From Lama guanicoe (taxonomy: Eukaryota), in contig MU056960.1 of the NCBI GenBank assembly GCA_013239625.1, positions 11,860,698 through 11,924,697 of the forward strand: DNA of 64,000 bases, written 5' to 3'. Under the pieces are notes generated by a model. It ran no database searches. It saw only the letters and a list, made by a program, of their open reading frames with translations, and had not been told where the DNA came from. Of the stretch, positions 11,045-23,285 are shown piece after piece (positions within the stretch are counted from its first letter, which is position 1; each line of letters opens with the position of its first letter). Made by a program: the position numbers and the translations under genes.

Positions 11045-11803
11045 TGTGAGATAATAGAAAGTACATATAGTGGTCTGTGCCCTCAGCTTCTGGCACAGAG
11101 CCCCTAAAACCCTTGTAAATTCATAAAGGATAAGAGCCCTAGGAGCATCGTTTATTTTAATGAGTGACTGTGGGTGGGCTCTTGGATGGCTCTTCGATGG
11201 GGGCTGGTCACCAGAAAAACCAAGCCATGATTAGAAGCTTGGAATATTCAGCCCCACCCCAACTCCCATTCTTCAGAGAGGGGAGAGGGGCTGGAATGGA
11301 ATTAGTCCACAGGGACAGAAGTTCCTGCATTCAGGAAACTCCTAGACCATGCCCCATGTATCTCTTCATCTGTATTCTTTATCATATCCTTTTAATAAAA
11401 TGATAAACTTCAGTTTTTTCCTGAGTTCTGTGAGCTGCTGTAGAAAATGAATTGAGCCCAAGGAGAGGGTGATTGGAACCAACAATCTATAGCAGGTTTG
11501 TTCAAAGTTCAGGTGATAAACTGGCCTTGCAACTGGTGTCTGAGGTGTGTGTTTTGGGGAGGGGACAAGGGGGGGGCCTTGAGGAACGGAGCCCTTAGCC
11601 TGAAGGATCTTATTCAATGTCCAAGTAGATAGTGTCAGAATCGAATTAAATTGTAGGACACCCAGTTGGTGTTACAGAGAATTGCTTAGTGTGGGGAAAA
11701 ACCTCCACATATTTGATGACCTGAAGCGTCAGAAGTGAAGTGTTTTGCATGAGTAATAAAATAAACACATAGGAGATAGACAGAACTGGGGGTTTTCCCT
11801 ACA
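11045..11803 (+). mobile_element. MER21-family solo LTR
   Basis: CTGGCACAGAGCCCCTAAAACCCTTG; GGGGGCTGGTCACCAGAAAAACCAAGCCATGATTAGA; TG...CA termini; TSD GCAC/GCAG. Confidence 0.88.
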
Positions 11804-11949
11804 GCAGAGTGAAAGGCTGCATTTTACATTTTAGGCACAATCATCCATTGTTGGTGGTAATGTCAGATGACAATGCTGTTTATGAGGGCACGGAAAACAT
11901 GTATCTAAAAAAAGTTACTGTGATTGTTATTTAAACTATTTCAATGTTA

Positions 11950-12480
11950 AGAATCTGTCTTAAAGATACATACTAAAACATACACCTAAAGAATTACCTG
12001 TGCGTGTTTGTGTATAAGTATATTCACAAAAACATTTTTCTATAATTGCAAAAAAATTAGAAACCACCAAAATGTGTCTGAATGGTCTTCATTAAATAAA
12101 TAATGAAGCACTATGCAGACATGAAAGATTATCAAGAAGCCTCATAGGTACTGACATGGACATTTCTTCAGAATATATTATTATTATTATTTTATATAAG
12201 TATAGTCAGTTTACAATGTTGTGTCAATTTCTGGTGTACAGCGTAATTCATTTTCACTAGAATATATTATTTATTTCTTATTATTACTTCTCATTTCTTC
12301 ATATTTAAAATTAGCTGAAAAGTGCAAGTTGCCAAACAGGAGACAAAGAACATTATACCATTTTTGTAAAACCAAAGTCATGTACCTATGATTAAACATA
12401 TAATACATGTGAGTACTCATGTGTGTGCATAAATTCACAGAAAAAAATCATAAGCTTAAAAATCAATCCGTTAATAGTGG
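11950..12480 (+). mobile_element. Ancient L1ME 3' fragment
   Basis: TATAATTGCAAAAAAATTAGAAACCACCAAAATG; TACTGACATGGA. Confidence 0.6.
12183..12258 (-). mobile_element. Very short young L1 3' end
   Basis: AAGTATAGTCAGTTTACAATGTTGTGTCAATTTCTGGTGTACAGC; 13-bp TSD AGAATATATTATT (12170-12182, 12259-12271). Confidence 0.85.
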
Positions 12481-13065
12481 TGTATCAATCAGAGTCCAGT
12501 CAGGAATCAGAAATCACTAAAGTTATTTCAACACAGAGAATTTAATAAAAAGAAATTGTTAACTAGGTGTAGAGTTGTTAACTAGGTAACTGAAAGTTAC
12601 CACAGAGGTAGCAACTACTGGAAGCAGCTACCACCTCTCGGGCTGGAGGAGCAAAGAGGAGAGGCTGGAATTATTTAAACTTAGAGAATTTAGAGGGAGC
12701 TATGGGGCCCAGGGCCTCTGGGGAGGGGAGGACGGCCACCTGATGCGATGCCTCTGAGGGCGCACAGCGAAGCTTGTCCACAAGAGCTGGAGAGACTGCA
12801 AAATGGATTCAGTTGCTACCACAGGAAGAAACCACCACTGCTGGGGTGGCACTGACAAGGACAGGAAGTCCATGTGAGACAGACAGAACGTCCACAGGAA
12901 GCAGACAGCAAGGAGCCGTTCTCTACTTCCTCCTCCCCTTTGCAGTCTCCCTCTAGACCACCTTTGTCAGAGCCCCACAAAGCCAAATGTGGTTTCCAAA
13001 GTTCCTGCTCCAGGATCACAAAGCAGGCTAAAGACTGGAGTCAATGACTCCATGCATAGCGTCAG
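12481..13065 (-). mobile_element. ERVL solo LTR (LTR79-like)
   Basis: TGTATCAATCAGAGTCCAGTCAGGA...TTGTTAACTAGGT (twice)...GAGGTAGCAACTACTGGAAGCAGCTACCACC. Confidence 0.7.
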
Positions 13066-13653
13066 AATTCCAGCAGTGAAGGGTCTTCCTGGGGTCATGC
13101 TGACAAGGCTTTGAGACTCCAGGAAGATACTGATGCAAACACTCTGAGATGTAAGGAGCAATTACCTTCCATGGTGAGCAAGTGCCTCTGGATCCACGGA
13201 CCATTATTCAGAGGCAAGGTGGGGCTGGCAGCTAGTAGCTCAATTACCAGCACTTCTCAACTCAAAACAGCATCTATTTTCATTTCTGTGGAGCAGGAAG
13301 AGCCTTTTATGTTTAATTTTTATCAAGCTGTGAAATGAGGTTTTAGCTGTGGGTGTCTCATTGATGCCAGCCGTGCTCAGGAGGCGCTGTCTCTCCAGCG
13401 TCTCTGAGATCCTGCCCCTGCAGTGTCTCCCTCAGGCAAGAGCACACAGCCCAGGTAAGATGGCAACTTTCTCCTTAACAGTTTCCTGAGAAGTTTTTCT
13501 TCCCCTCACATTTTTTTCAATTTCATTCATTCCATTATCTCAGAAAGTCCCATTCAGTCTCAGTATCAGTCACCCACTAAAGCATCTCTAGATCAATAAA
13601 AGCTTCAAGGCAGCCAACCTGCTTTTTTGATACTAAGGGCTGATGGACTTATG

Positions 13654-13697
<44 letters not shown>
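13654..13697. repeat. (GT)n(GA)n compound microsatellite
   Basis: Directly visible. Confidence 0.97.
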
Positions 13698-13698
<1 letters not shown>

Positions 13699-14866
13699 GA
13701 GACAGGGGGCGGGGCGGAAATAAAGACAAGGTTTATAGTTTTACGTTTCCAAGACACCTGGAAAAGCCAACTGGGACTTCAATAAAATAAAATAGCTCTT
13801 ACCAATTTCCCTTAAAGCCAAGAAGCTCATAAACATCAAAATAATATCAGTCCATGGGGCAGCACCTTGAATTTCAGTCCAAAGTTATGTCCATTTGATT
13901 TTTTGGAAAGCAGGATGATAGAAAATCTAGTGTCATCCACAGCTCCAAGCACAGAACCAATGAATAACCAGAATAGCAGGAATGGAAAGAGTTCTGTTGG
14001 TTCTTCCAGAGACACCCTCCTGGTCTAAGCTTTGTAAATGGACGTCCAGAGAAGTGAAATAATCCACCCAGAGTCATATAGTGGCTGAGAGACTAAGCGA
14101 GGACTAGACCGCAGGTCTCCTGGTTCCCTGTGTCCATCAACCCCCACAGAGCATACGCAAAACATGGAGAACATGCAGTGTTCACCAGGAATCCCCTTGG
14201 GATCAACAGACCATGTGTGAGGAAGAAAGAGTTGATGATCCATTTAGAATAGAGTTTGAAACACAAAAAGTAAGTTCAAGAAATTAGCGATCATTCCTCA
14301 ACGATCTTCACAGAACGGAGATTTCCTGACTTCCTTCTTGAGGATGCGAATGCAGTTCAGGGTCAGAAACTCTGACAGAATAGCTCTGCTTCACAGAGTG
14401 GTCAGAAAAGTAAGATGAAGATTAGAGGGCTATCATCCAGGGGAGAGGGAGAAAAACTAGCAGAACTATGCATTGTTTGGGGAAGAACAGGGGTGGGGAA
14501 CTTCAGCAGCTTTGCCAGAAACGGGCTTTGGAGAAGAAAAATGTCTAAGAGGAATCCTGAGATTACTGGCTGAGTTGCATGGGACATAAACTCCTATGTT
14601 AGTTAGGGCGATGCTAGCTGGTGAAACAAGTAAACCTCAGAGATGGTTGTTCTACCTGTTTCTTGATTTCCCCAAGGACGTGATTTTCTCTCCGTTCTAC
14701 TAGGTATGGGAGACCCTGCTGCTGTGTCTCTGCTGCTGCAGAGTTGGTGTGGTTGCTGTGCTCTGATGTGAAAAATGGGAGAACGCTCACTCATCTACTC
14801 TGCATTGTACTTTGCCTCCTTCTGTGAAAACAGCTCATTTTTATCCTACAGTCTCACAAGGATCTT

Positions 14867-15230
14867 TGTATCAGTCAAGTTAGGTTAGTTTATGCCGCAA
14901 TAACAAACAACCCCCGGATCCCAGGGGCCCCAGCGACAAAGCTTAATGGCTCCCTTACTGCATATCCATTGCAGCTGACTAGTGGTGCTCCGTTCATTAC
15001 AATCAGGCTTGAGCCCAGGCAGATGGAAGAGCCACCACCTGAATATTTGCAGGCTACTGTGGCAGAAAGAAACAGGGTCTGGGTGAGACTTCACCAGGGA
15101 TTAAATGCTCAGCCTGAAACTGACACACATCGCTTCTACTCCTAGTTCACTAGCCGGAACCAGCCACGTGGCTCTACTCAAATAAAATGGATCCAGGAAG
15201 TACACTCCTACCTTGTATTTGTGAAACACA
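14867..15230 (-). mobile_element. MLT1J-like solo LTR
   Basis: TGTATCAGTCAAGTTAGGTTAGTTTATGCCGCAATAACAAACAACCCC...CCCAGGCAGATGGA. Confidence 0.8.
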
Positions 15231-15758
15231 CTTTTACAGGAACGATGTCTTCAGCTGCTGGTACCATGCCCTCTCTTTCTGAGGGTTAAAAACTTGTCCA
15301 CATAGTCTCGTATGGCCAGTTCCCGTATCATCCTCCTCATCAGTTTCCTTTGCACCCATTTCTCCACAGGAAAAACGTATAGAATCTCTCTCCTCTTGTC
15401 GAAATTACAATCCAAATCCCCAGTACAACCAACATGGCAACTCACATATATGGAAACCTGGAGATTTCCAGGTACAGTGAATCACTTTGAGAAATTGTCA
15501 GACTCTGAAGTCCAGTTTGGGCTCATTTGGAAGAGTTGCTACAAACACGTACATACAAATGTAGCTAAGAGGTGCACTCTTCACATACATGTAAGCCAGA
15601 TATTACATGGCCTTGCTCCTTGGCCCCTTGGACAGCCTGATTTTCCCACCCCACTCCAGTCACAGAATTTCAAGTTCTCTCCAAAGAATCCAATCTCTCA
15701 GAAGTTCAAAGACCAATACAGACTTCAATGAAGTTTTGCAGGAGGGAAGGGGAGGGGA

Positions 15759-15950
15759 TGTTACAGAGATATCTAGCTGTATGCCAAAATTTGGTCTCCA
15801 TTCCATAGCTGGCAGGTCTTATGTCAGGACTGGAATTTTACAAGCTCCCTTGCATGCAGGGTATCCCTTGTGGCTTGTTTTTGGTAATGGAGTGTGCGTG
15901 GAAGCAATATGTATCATTTCTGAGCATGATCTTTTGAGAAGAGGGTGTGT
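15759..15950 (+). mobile_element. Old LTR 5' fragment (MLT1/LTR16-like)
   Basis: GCTCCCTTGCATGCAGG...AATGGAGTGTGCGTGGAAGCAATATGTATCATTTCTG. Confidence 0.55.
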
Positions 15951-15969
15951 CAGCTAGCTCACTTGAGCT

Positions 15970-16125
15970 GATGTCTGACTTTGCCACTTTGTGGCCATGT
16001 GGCTTATTCATTCCACCATGTCCTCTTGGCCAGCTTCTTCCATCTCATTATTTGCATCATCTATGAAATAGAGTAATTATATCTGCCTCCCTCAATAGTT
16101 ATCGAGATTGGGTGAGATAATCTAT
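15970..16125 (+). mobile_element. MIR SINE fragment
   Basis: TTTGCCACTT...TTTGCATCATCTATGAAATAGAGTAAT...TGAGATAAT. Confidence 0.6.
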
Positions 16126-16427
16126 ATTGGTGGTTTTTAAACATACATAGGGGCATCCATGAGGAGCTCAGAGAGAGGGGTTTTTCCTGTTTCATCTCTC
16201 ACCGTTCCACTCAATCAGGCCACCCCAATTATATCAGTTTTGCATGTTAGTATTCCTCCTAAGACTTTGTGAGAATGTTCTGTAGTAGAAAAAACATTTG
16301 AACACAACATTGTAAAATGACTATAACTCAATAAAAACAAAGTTAAAAAAAACACACCATTTGAAACTACCAACCAGAGTGAAGGCATTTGATGAAATGA
16401 AAAATGCAAACCTAATGAATTGGGATC

Positions 16428-17308
16428 CATTCATTTATACGTTCATCAAATATGGATTGGGCCTGGAGCTCTTCTAAGCACTAAAGATATAGCAGTGAAT
16501 AAAATAATGGGAGGACAGACAGTAAACACATAAACTAATAAATACATAATGTGTCAAGTGCTCCAAAGAAACACAAAGTGAGGTCAAAGGTGACTGAAGG
16601 TGTTACTTTAATAGGGTGATTAGAAAAGACTCTGCCGAGAAAGGGATGTTTGAACAGACCTAAAAGAAGGAGGGACTGAGCCACGCAAGTGTCTGGGGGA
16701 AGAACAGTAAGGGGTGAGAGAGATAAAGAGGACGAGCCACGGGCAAGGTCACACAGGGCCTTGCTGGCCATGGAGAGCACTGCGTATCTCACTCTGAGTG
16801 AGATGGGGAGCTATCAGGGAGGGAGCAGAGCAAGGTCGTGATCTGATTTACACTTTAGATGGATCATTCGGGCCTCTCAGCAGAGAATAGACTGTGAGGA
16901 GTCAAGAATAGAAGTAAGAAAAACAGTCAGGAGGTGATGGTAGAGACAGAGGTAGAGGTGAGCGGTGCTCAGACTCAGGTGTATTTTTGAATTAGAGCTG
17001 GCAGGATGTGCTGATGGATTGAATATGATGTGAGAAAGATTTTAGCTAGATGACTGGTAGAACGGGGTGGCTGAGATGAGGACCAGGGGGAATTTGGGTG
17101 GAAGAGGAGAAGAACCTAGAGCTCTGCTTTGATGCCTTGAGCTGTGAGCTGTCTCTCTGACCTGGAAGAGTAAGACAGCTAGATGTGCAGGCCTGGGTTT
17201 AGGGGAGAGGCTGGGTGAGAGCCCAACATGCCTGGATGCTACTGAAACCTGGGGGACTGGAGAGGCCTCGAGGGAATATGTGCAAATGGAGACGAGGTCC
17301 AGGGCCTG
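16428..17308 (-). mobile_element. L2 (L2a-like)
   Basis: CATTCATT tail; TCTAAGCACTAAAGATATAGCAGTGAA; CTCTGAGTGAGATGGGGAGC; GGATGTGCTGATGGATTG. Confidence 0.88.
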
Positions 17309-17399
17309 TTATCGTCACTTATCAAAGACTACTTTAGAAGCATAACCTTCAACCTGTCCTACCTGCTCACACGCTAAAAAGATAAAAGTAAAGTAAGTA

Positions 17400-18940
17400 A
17401 TTCAAATTTTGTACTGTCACTTTACCATGAGAACTTGAAGGGGTAAGAAGGAAAGAAGAAAAAAATAAGGTGCAGTTTCCAAGACACAAAAGTATTAAAA
17501 AAAAAAGCAGGGATTAGAAAGGGGGGAGTGAGTCCAATAGCGCATCTCCCATCCGTTCTAAACTTAAGAGTTCAAAACAGTTGTAGGTTCAAATACATCA
17601 AAAATGGTGCAGGGAAACCCACAATCTGATTTAGTTAAATAGGTTTAACTATGGAAAAATATTAGACTAGTAGAAAAAGTTTCATTCTGATTGTATTTAA
17701 ATAGAAATAGAAAAGCTCAAAGTATTTAACAGAAATAATATTTGTGGTGAGAGAAAACAAAGAACTTCATTAAGTAGAAAAGAAGACAGGTTGGGGGAGA
17801 AAATGATAAATACAATTATAATATTAAGAAGTAATATGCTGTATTCAGCTTCTAGTTTTAAATATCATCTACTTAGCAGCCCTGAAATAGACTTTCCCAA
17901 CTTTTAATTAAAATGCCTTTAAAAACACAGAAAAAAATTAAAATTCACAACTCTAGGGAAAAAAATAGGACAACAGTCAACCTATTTCTGGATAGAATTG
18001 GGGAGATTTTCCTTTATGAAGCAGTGGAACTGGAAGGCAAAACAGAATTGATGGTTCACTTGGGCTGAAAGCAGACACACCACTCCTCCTTTCTCCCATA
18101 TTTGCTCTCCGGTTCAAGGTACGTAGCATGAGAAACCCAAGACGTATCCCCTCTCCTGCAAGAATGCTGATTTCTGAAGCCATCCAAGTGCTATTCCTCT
18201 TCCTCCAAGCTCTACCTCTCCTCACCCAAATCGGGGAGTCTTTACAATACCCAGTAAGAACCTGTCACTCCCAGAGAACTAGTCCCAGGAGATGGGCTGG
18301 GCTGGTGAGAGAACGGGAGTACCATGCACTCTGGAAGGTAAATCCCCGGGAGGGAGGTACACGGGAAGAGCTATTGGAGCAGTGTATTCTGGGAGCTGTA
18401 GGTAAGGTTTCAATTCCTACACCTGTTAGAACCTGGCCTGTGGGAGTGAAAGGTCCCAGCTTGGCTAGCAGAACCTCCTCAGAGGAAACGTGCCACATGC
18501 TGAGGACTGGTCTTAGGAGCTGTGTTCACTGAATTTCTGAGAAGTGTGTCTGACCCAGTGCACAAGTGAACCCAGCAGGTGATGCACACATCCAACCATT
18601 AGTAGGAACCGTGACTAAACATCTCTTCCTCCGTCAAGGGTAAGTAAAGAGACTTCACCACCAGCATCACCAACACACTCTAAACAAAGAAATAATCATT
18701 AAATAATAACAGGAGACCCAGTGAAACAAAAACACAGAACAGATAGGAAAGAATCCCGCTACTTAGACTCAAAGAAGAAGCACATCACAGAAATGAAGAA
18801 GGAAATTTTAGAAAACTTACTCAGAACAGACCACTTCTCACCTCTAGGACCCAGGAATGGAAAGCCCAAAGGAGAGAACAGACTGAAAGGAAAACATAAC
18901 AAAACAAGAAGGGAACTAAATGAGATAAGAAAAGCTTGCT
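17400..18940 (+). mobile_element. Highly decayed L1M/HAL1-like fragments
   Basis: A-rich strand bias; 18720-18940 is Lys/Glu-rich and ORF1-like (ELNEIRK). Confidence 0.35.
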
Positions 18941-19352
18941 GAGAAACTTGAAATGTCAGTAGGCAGGGAGCATGACTGTCTTACTTACCGTGATTTCACC
19001 AAGGACTTACCACAGTGCCTAGATGCTACCTGTCTATGTCCCCCAAGTTGCCAGAAGCCTAACCAAAGCACCAGGAGGCCATTATTTTTACATCATAAAT
19101 ATTAGAATATGCTGCCCTTTCATGTAAAAATGGTTCTCCATTAGTAGGTTATATATCTTGATTTTTTTCTGATACTCTGATAATCTATTCGTAATCATCA
19201 GATTAATAATCATCAATCATACACAGTTCACATTTCTGATAAATTGAACGCAGCTGGGGAAATAGGATCATATACACGACAGACTAAAGTCAATTCAGTC
19301 AATGTAGGATTGTAAAAAAACTAATAATAAAAAATCTATTAGATCAGATAGA

Positions 19353-19699
19353 GCATCATAGACAGTGTCCCCTCAAAATTCATATGTTAAAACCTAGCCC
19401 CCAGCGTGATGATGTTTGGAGGTGGGGGCTTTGGGAGGGGGTCAGATCCTGAGTGTTAAGTCATCGTGAATGGGATTAATGTGCTTATAAAAGAGACCCC
19501 AGAGAGCTCCCACCTAGTGACTGTAGTAAGAAGATGACGGAGCACAAGGAAGCAGGCTTTCTTCACCAGACACCAAATCTGCCAGAGCCGTGACCTTGTA
19601 CTTTCCAGTCTCCAGAACTGTGAGAAATACATTTCTGTTGTTTATAAGCCACCAAGGGTATGGTTATTTTTGTCATAGCACCGCAAATGTTCTATGACA
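19353..19699 (+). mobile_element. MLT1A0-like solo LTR
   Basis: GTGTCCCCTCAAAATTCATATGTT...CTTATAAAAGAGACCCCAGAGAGC...TCCAGAACTGTGAGAAATACATTTCTGTTGTTTATAAGCCACC. Confidence 0.9.
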
Positions 19700-20462
19700 C
19701 GAAGGTTACTGCATGACCCTGGCCTCATTAGGGCCATGCCCCACAGAGTTAAGTTAATGGCACTTCTCCAAAGTCAGAAACATTTAGGGCCGTTTAAAAC
19801 CGTTAGGATCAGTGCCCTATGTGTTTTGAATACATATGCATTTGTCTTCCTCTAGTTCAGCATAACTCCCTCTGCTATCGACATCTCTCCATCACTTTGG
19901 TTAAGGTATGCAATAATTGTGCAGTACTTTATCCTGTTCAAAGTGTTTTCATATCCATTAAGTCATGAGAGCTTCGCAGCAACCCAGAGAGGAAGCAGAT
20001 CAGGTGTCTGCCTGCGTTCATGCTGAAGAAGTAAGTAGCAGGAGAGGGAGCACTGCGGCTTCCCAGGACGTGGTGGGGAGGGGATGGCAGATTCGTACCT
20101 CCCACTGCAACACTTAGCTCCCCTTCCCGCCTCCACGTCTGCTCCCGTCCCAGCCAGTACGAAACTCTGGGACACTGTGCTCAAAGCTAGGACCTGACTC
20201 ATGGAAACCTTAGTCCACAAGCACACTGAGAACTTCTTCAAAAGAGTCTGGCTAAGGAACTTTGAGAAGGACAATGGCCAAGATCCTTAAAAACAAATAC
20301 AAATATAAGAGATGTTGGTTACTTTGGGGGAGGAAGACATCCAAGGATAGGGGAGAGTGGTTCTGGGTTGCTGTGTGTCCTAGTCATTGGCCTGGATATG
20401 TTCAAGCTGTGACAGTTCATTGCACTGTATATGCCCTTTTGATTTGTGCACTTGAAAAAAAA

Positions 20463-20594
20463 TTTTTTAACACCTTTATTGTGGTATGATTCCTGTATGG
20501 TAAAGTACACATATTTCAGATGTACAATTTGATGAATTTTGATAGATGTCTACACCCATGAAACCACCACCACAATCAAGATAGCTAACATTTC
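20463..20594 (-). mobile_element. L1MB/MC 3' end
   Basis: CTTTATTGTGGTATGATT...TGTACAATTTGATGAATTTTGA...ACCACCACCACAATCAAGATA. Confidence 0.85.
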
Positions 20595-20703
20595 TGTATG
20601 AAGGTTATGGGTTCAATGAAAGCGAGAAATTTTAAAAGGCACAAACACCTTTTAATTTCAGGTTTGCCTTTTCTTCTCTTTTTTGCCTCTCAGTGTTTTA
20701 CAT

Positions 20704-20883
20704 NNNNNNNNNNNNNNNNNNNNNNNNNNNNNNNNNNNNNNNNNNNNNNNNNNNNNNNNNNNNNNNNNNNNNNNNNNNNNNNNNNNNNNNNNNNNNNNNN
20801 NNNNNNNNNNNNNNNNNNNNNNNNNNNNNNNNNNNNNNNNNNNNNNNNNNNNNNNNNNNNNNNNNNNNNNNNNNNNNNNNNNN
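20704..20883. other. Assembly gap (180 N)
   Basis: Run of N. Confidence 1.
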
Positions 20884-21487
20884 TATAAGTTGCCAGTTTT
20901 ATTTTCACATAAGGTGTGGGCTAAAATACGAGAGAGTGAATTTCTCTAAGTTTAAAATATAAACAGAATTTTAAAAATACACCGTTAAGTCGGCCAAAGA
21001 ATTTAGCACAGGTGATTTACATCATTACTTCATCTCACTCCCACCAAAAAGAAACAAACACAGAAGATATTTACTGGGTGCAGTTGGTACTTTAACTTCA
21101 AATTTACTAGGCTTGCTACTTACATGAGAACTTATCGATGTATTTCATGTTGAATTTGGCTCATGTTCACTTCCCAGAAACACCTGTTGTAACCCTGCCC
21201 TTGAGCCACCCTCACCATCAAACAACAGCTCTCAAGATTTGGACAGAAGTGATAAGGGACCCTGAAAATTTTTGCTAAAATAAATGACTCAAAAGTAGAT
21301 TTATGATGTAAAAGACTATGATATTGCAAGTGGAAGTGAAAAGTTTGAATGAAGTATTTCTGCTAGAAAAAAAATGCTTGATGACTTTTCCATAATACTT
21401 TGGAAATATCCCAAGCACTCTCTCGACTGAACCACAAACTCGAGTCCCCGCTGGAGACGCCTGCATCGTAGAGAGGCGAAATACACT
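20884..21487 (-). ncRNA. Candidate terminal exon of an unannotated minus-strand transcript
   Basis: Minus-strand acceptor tgtgtttgctgtttctttccag|AGTG at 21488/21487; AATAAA on the minus strand at 20898-20903; no recognisable TE. Confidence 0.35.
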
Positions 21488-22649
21488 CTGGAAAGAAACA
21501 GCAAACACAGACCCAACGACACCAAGACATCAGTGCAGCTCATCCCCGTTTTTATCAAGTGCCTTTTGACTGTGTGATCTACCAAGTTGCAAAGGTGCAA
21601 GTTTCCACTTCCACCATCCCTTTTTTGGGATGAAGTCACTCACACAGAGAGCAGTTAAGCAATATACCCAAGGCTCCAAAATGGAAATTCAAGTTCCCAG
21701 GACTGCTTTGTGACTGTCCATGAAGATAGCCAGAAATGATACAGGTCAAGCATTAATGAAACACACAGAAGGTAGAATAGGAGACAAAAGAAGCTTGCAT
21801 TTGGGATGCTGACGGAGCCTTGGACTGTCTTTTGGGTGTGGACCTGATCAAGACCCAGGGCCAAGCAGACCAACAATAGCAGGGGGTCGCCAGAGGGGTA
21901 GGCAACAGGCAGTCCATTCAGGTGGCAACCTGCGGCAGGGATGTCTGGTAATGGCAATTCATCAGAGGTCTGGTAGAAAGGCAGAGCCCAGGATGGGGAG
22001 AGTCCATCAGCAAGCAGTGGGCACCAACTTCCAGAGGGTCTACAAGTGTAGTGGGCGCAAGAGACCTCGCAGGATTCCAGGACCGACCATGGTCAGAGAT
22101 CAGATAACTTCTATTGCAGGCCCGCATTCAGATGCTCACTTCTCTATTCTCTCCCACATATCTTTGCATGTGGCCCATTGCCTCCCAATGTTTATAAAGT
22201 TTCCCCCCAAACAAGCCAACACCTCGAAGGGAGAGCGAGAAGACAATGGATCCTTGAGTTCATTTCCCGACCACCTCTCCTGGGTAACAGCTCACCTTTG
22301 TCTTTCTCGTCAAAATGACTCTACTCACTGATCAACCGATTTTCAGAAAATCTCCTTGAATTAGAACCAGGGAAATACACTGCTAACAGATATTTTTTGC
22401 TCTGTCAAATCATTTTCCCCTTTTCCCCTCAACTATCCTTCCATTCAAAATCCTTTAAAATTACACACAAAGGGGGAGAAAAATGTAGGTCGGCACGCAT
22501 GCTAATGACATTGTGTTCGTGTCTCCTCAAGCACAGCACAGCAGCAGAGCCGTGTCACACTTGTGTGTTGCTGTCTGTTCTCTTCTGCAGCACACTAGTT
22601 ATGCTCTCGCTTGGCAGACACAGCAGAACCAAAGGGATTATACACTTAC

Positions 22650-22707
22650 CATCTGGAAATACTCCACGATCATCATAGACCAAAATCTATACCCTGCCTC
22701 TTCCCTC
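22650..22707 (-). ncRNA. Candidate 58-nt internal exon of the same transcript
   Basis: Acceptor tcctttctttcttattttaactacttggcgcag|GAG and donor ATG|gtaagt. Confidence 0.45.
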
Positions 22708-23174
22708 CTGCGCCAAGTAGTTAAAATAAGAAAGAAAGGATAGCCCAGCACAGCCCCACCAGAGGAAGCCAGCCGACTAATGCAGACCACACGTTCTAAG
22801 AGCCGGTGGCTTGTTCTGGAAGTGAAACCTGCATGGGGCTTGTAAGCAAAGAGAGGACTTGGAAAGACTCAGGCGACAGGCTTTGAACATTGCCAGGGGT
22901 AACATTCAAATGCTCAAATTCATGAATACTAAGCTTTCACAGCATTTCTCCAGAAAATGGAGCATAACTCCAGACTTCTCAGGACGCAGGCAAACGGAGA
23001 CTAACGGAGCAGCATTCAGACTCTGCTGGGAAGTCTGCTAGGCTCACTCACATCTGCCCCTACTGCAGGTCTCACGATTCCTGCCCCTGCAGAGATTTCT
23101 GGAAGCCACGGAGCTGTGGGGCCACTTGAGGATAATCAAACCCCCCAAAGTGAAGTTGTCACAGGCAAGACGTT

Positions 23175-23285
23175 ACTTTCCTGGTTCTCAGTCTTTGATG
23201 TGCATTGGAACCACTTTTGGATACCTGGGCCCCACTGCAAATCTAACTGAGGAAGGGACCCAGGCGCACCTGATTGTTAACAGCG
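23175..23285. mobile_element. MER5-like fragment
   Basis: GGTTCTCAGTCTTTGATGTGCATTGGAACCAC...GATACCTGGGCCCCAC. Confidence 0.55.

Noticed and set aside
15251-15445. Minus-strand ORF MSCHVGCTGDLDCNFDKRREILYVFPVEKW…
   Set aside because: Short, no recognisable domain, and overlaps an equally plausible plus-strand exon candidate
21885-21901. CTCF-like motifs (also near 31410-31440 and 43597-43612)
   Set aside because: Only partial matches to the core; cannot be supported without a PWM scan
22530-22630. Possible miRNA-like hairpin in a CA/TG-rich stretch
   Set aside because: Pairing is short and low-complexity; no known mature miRNA recognised
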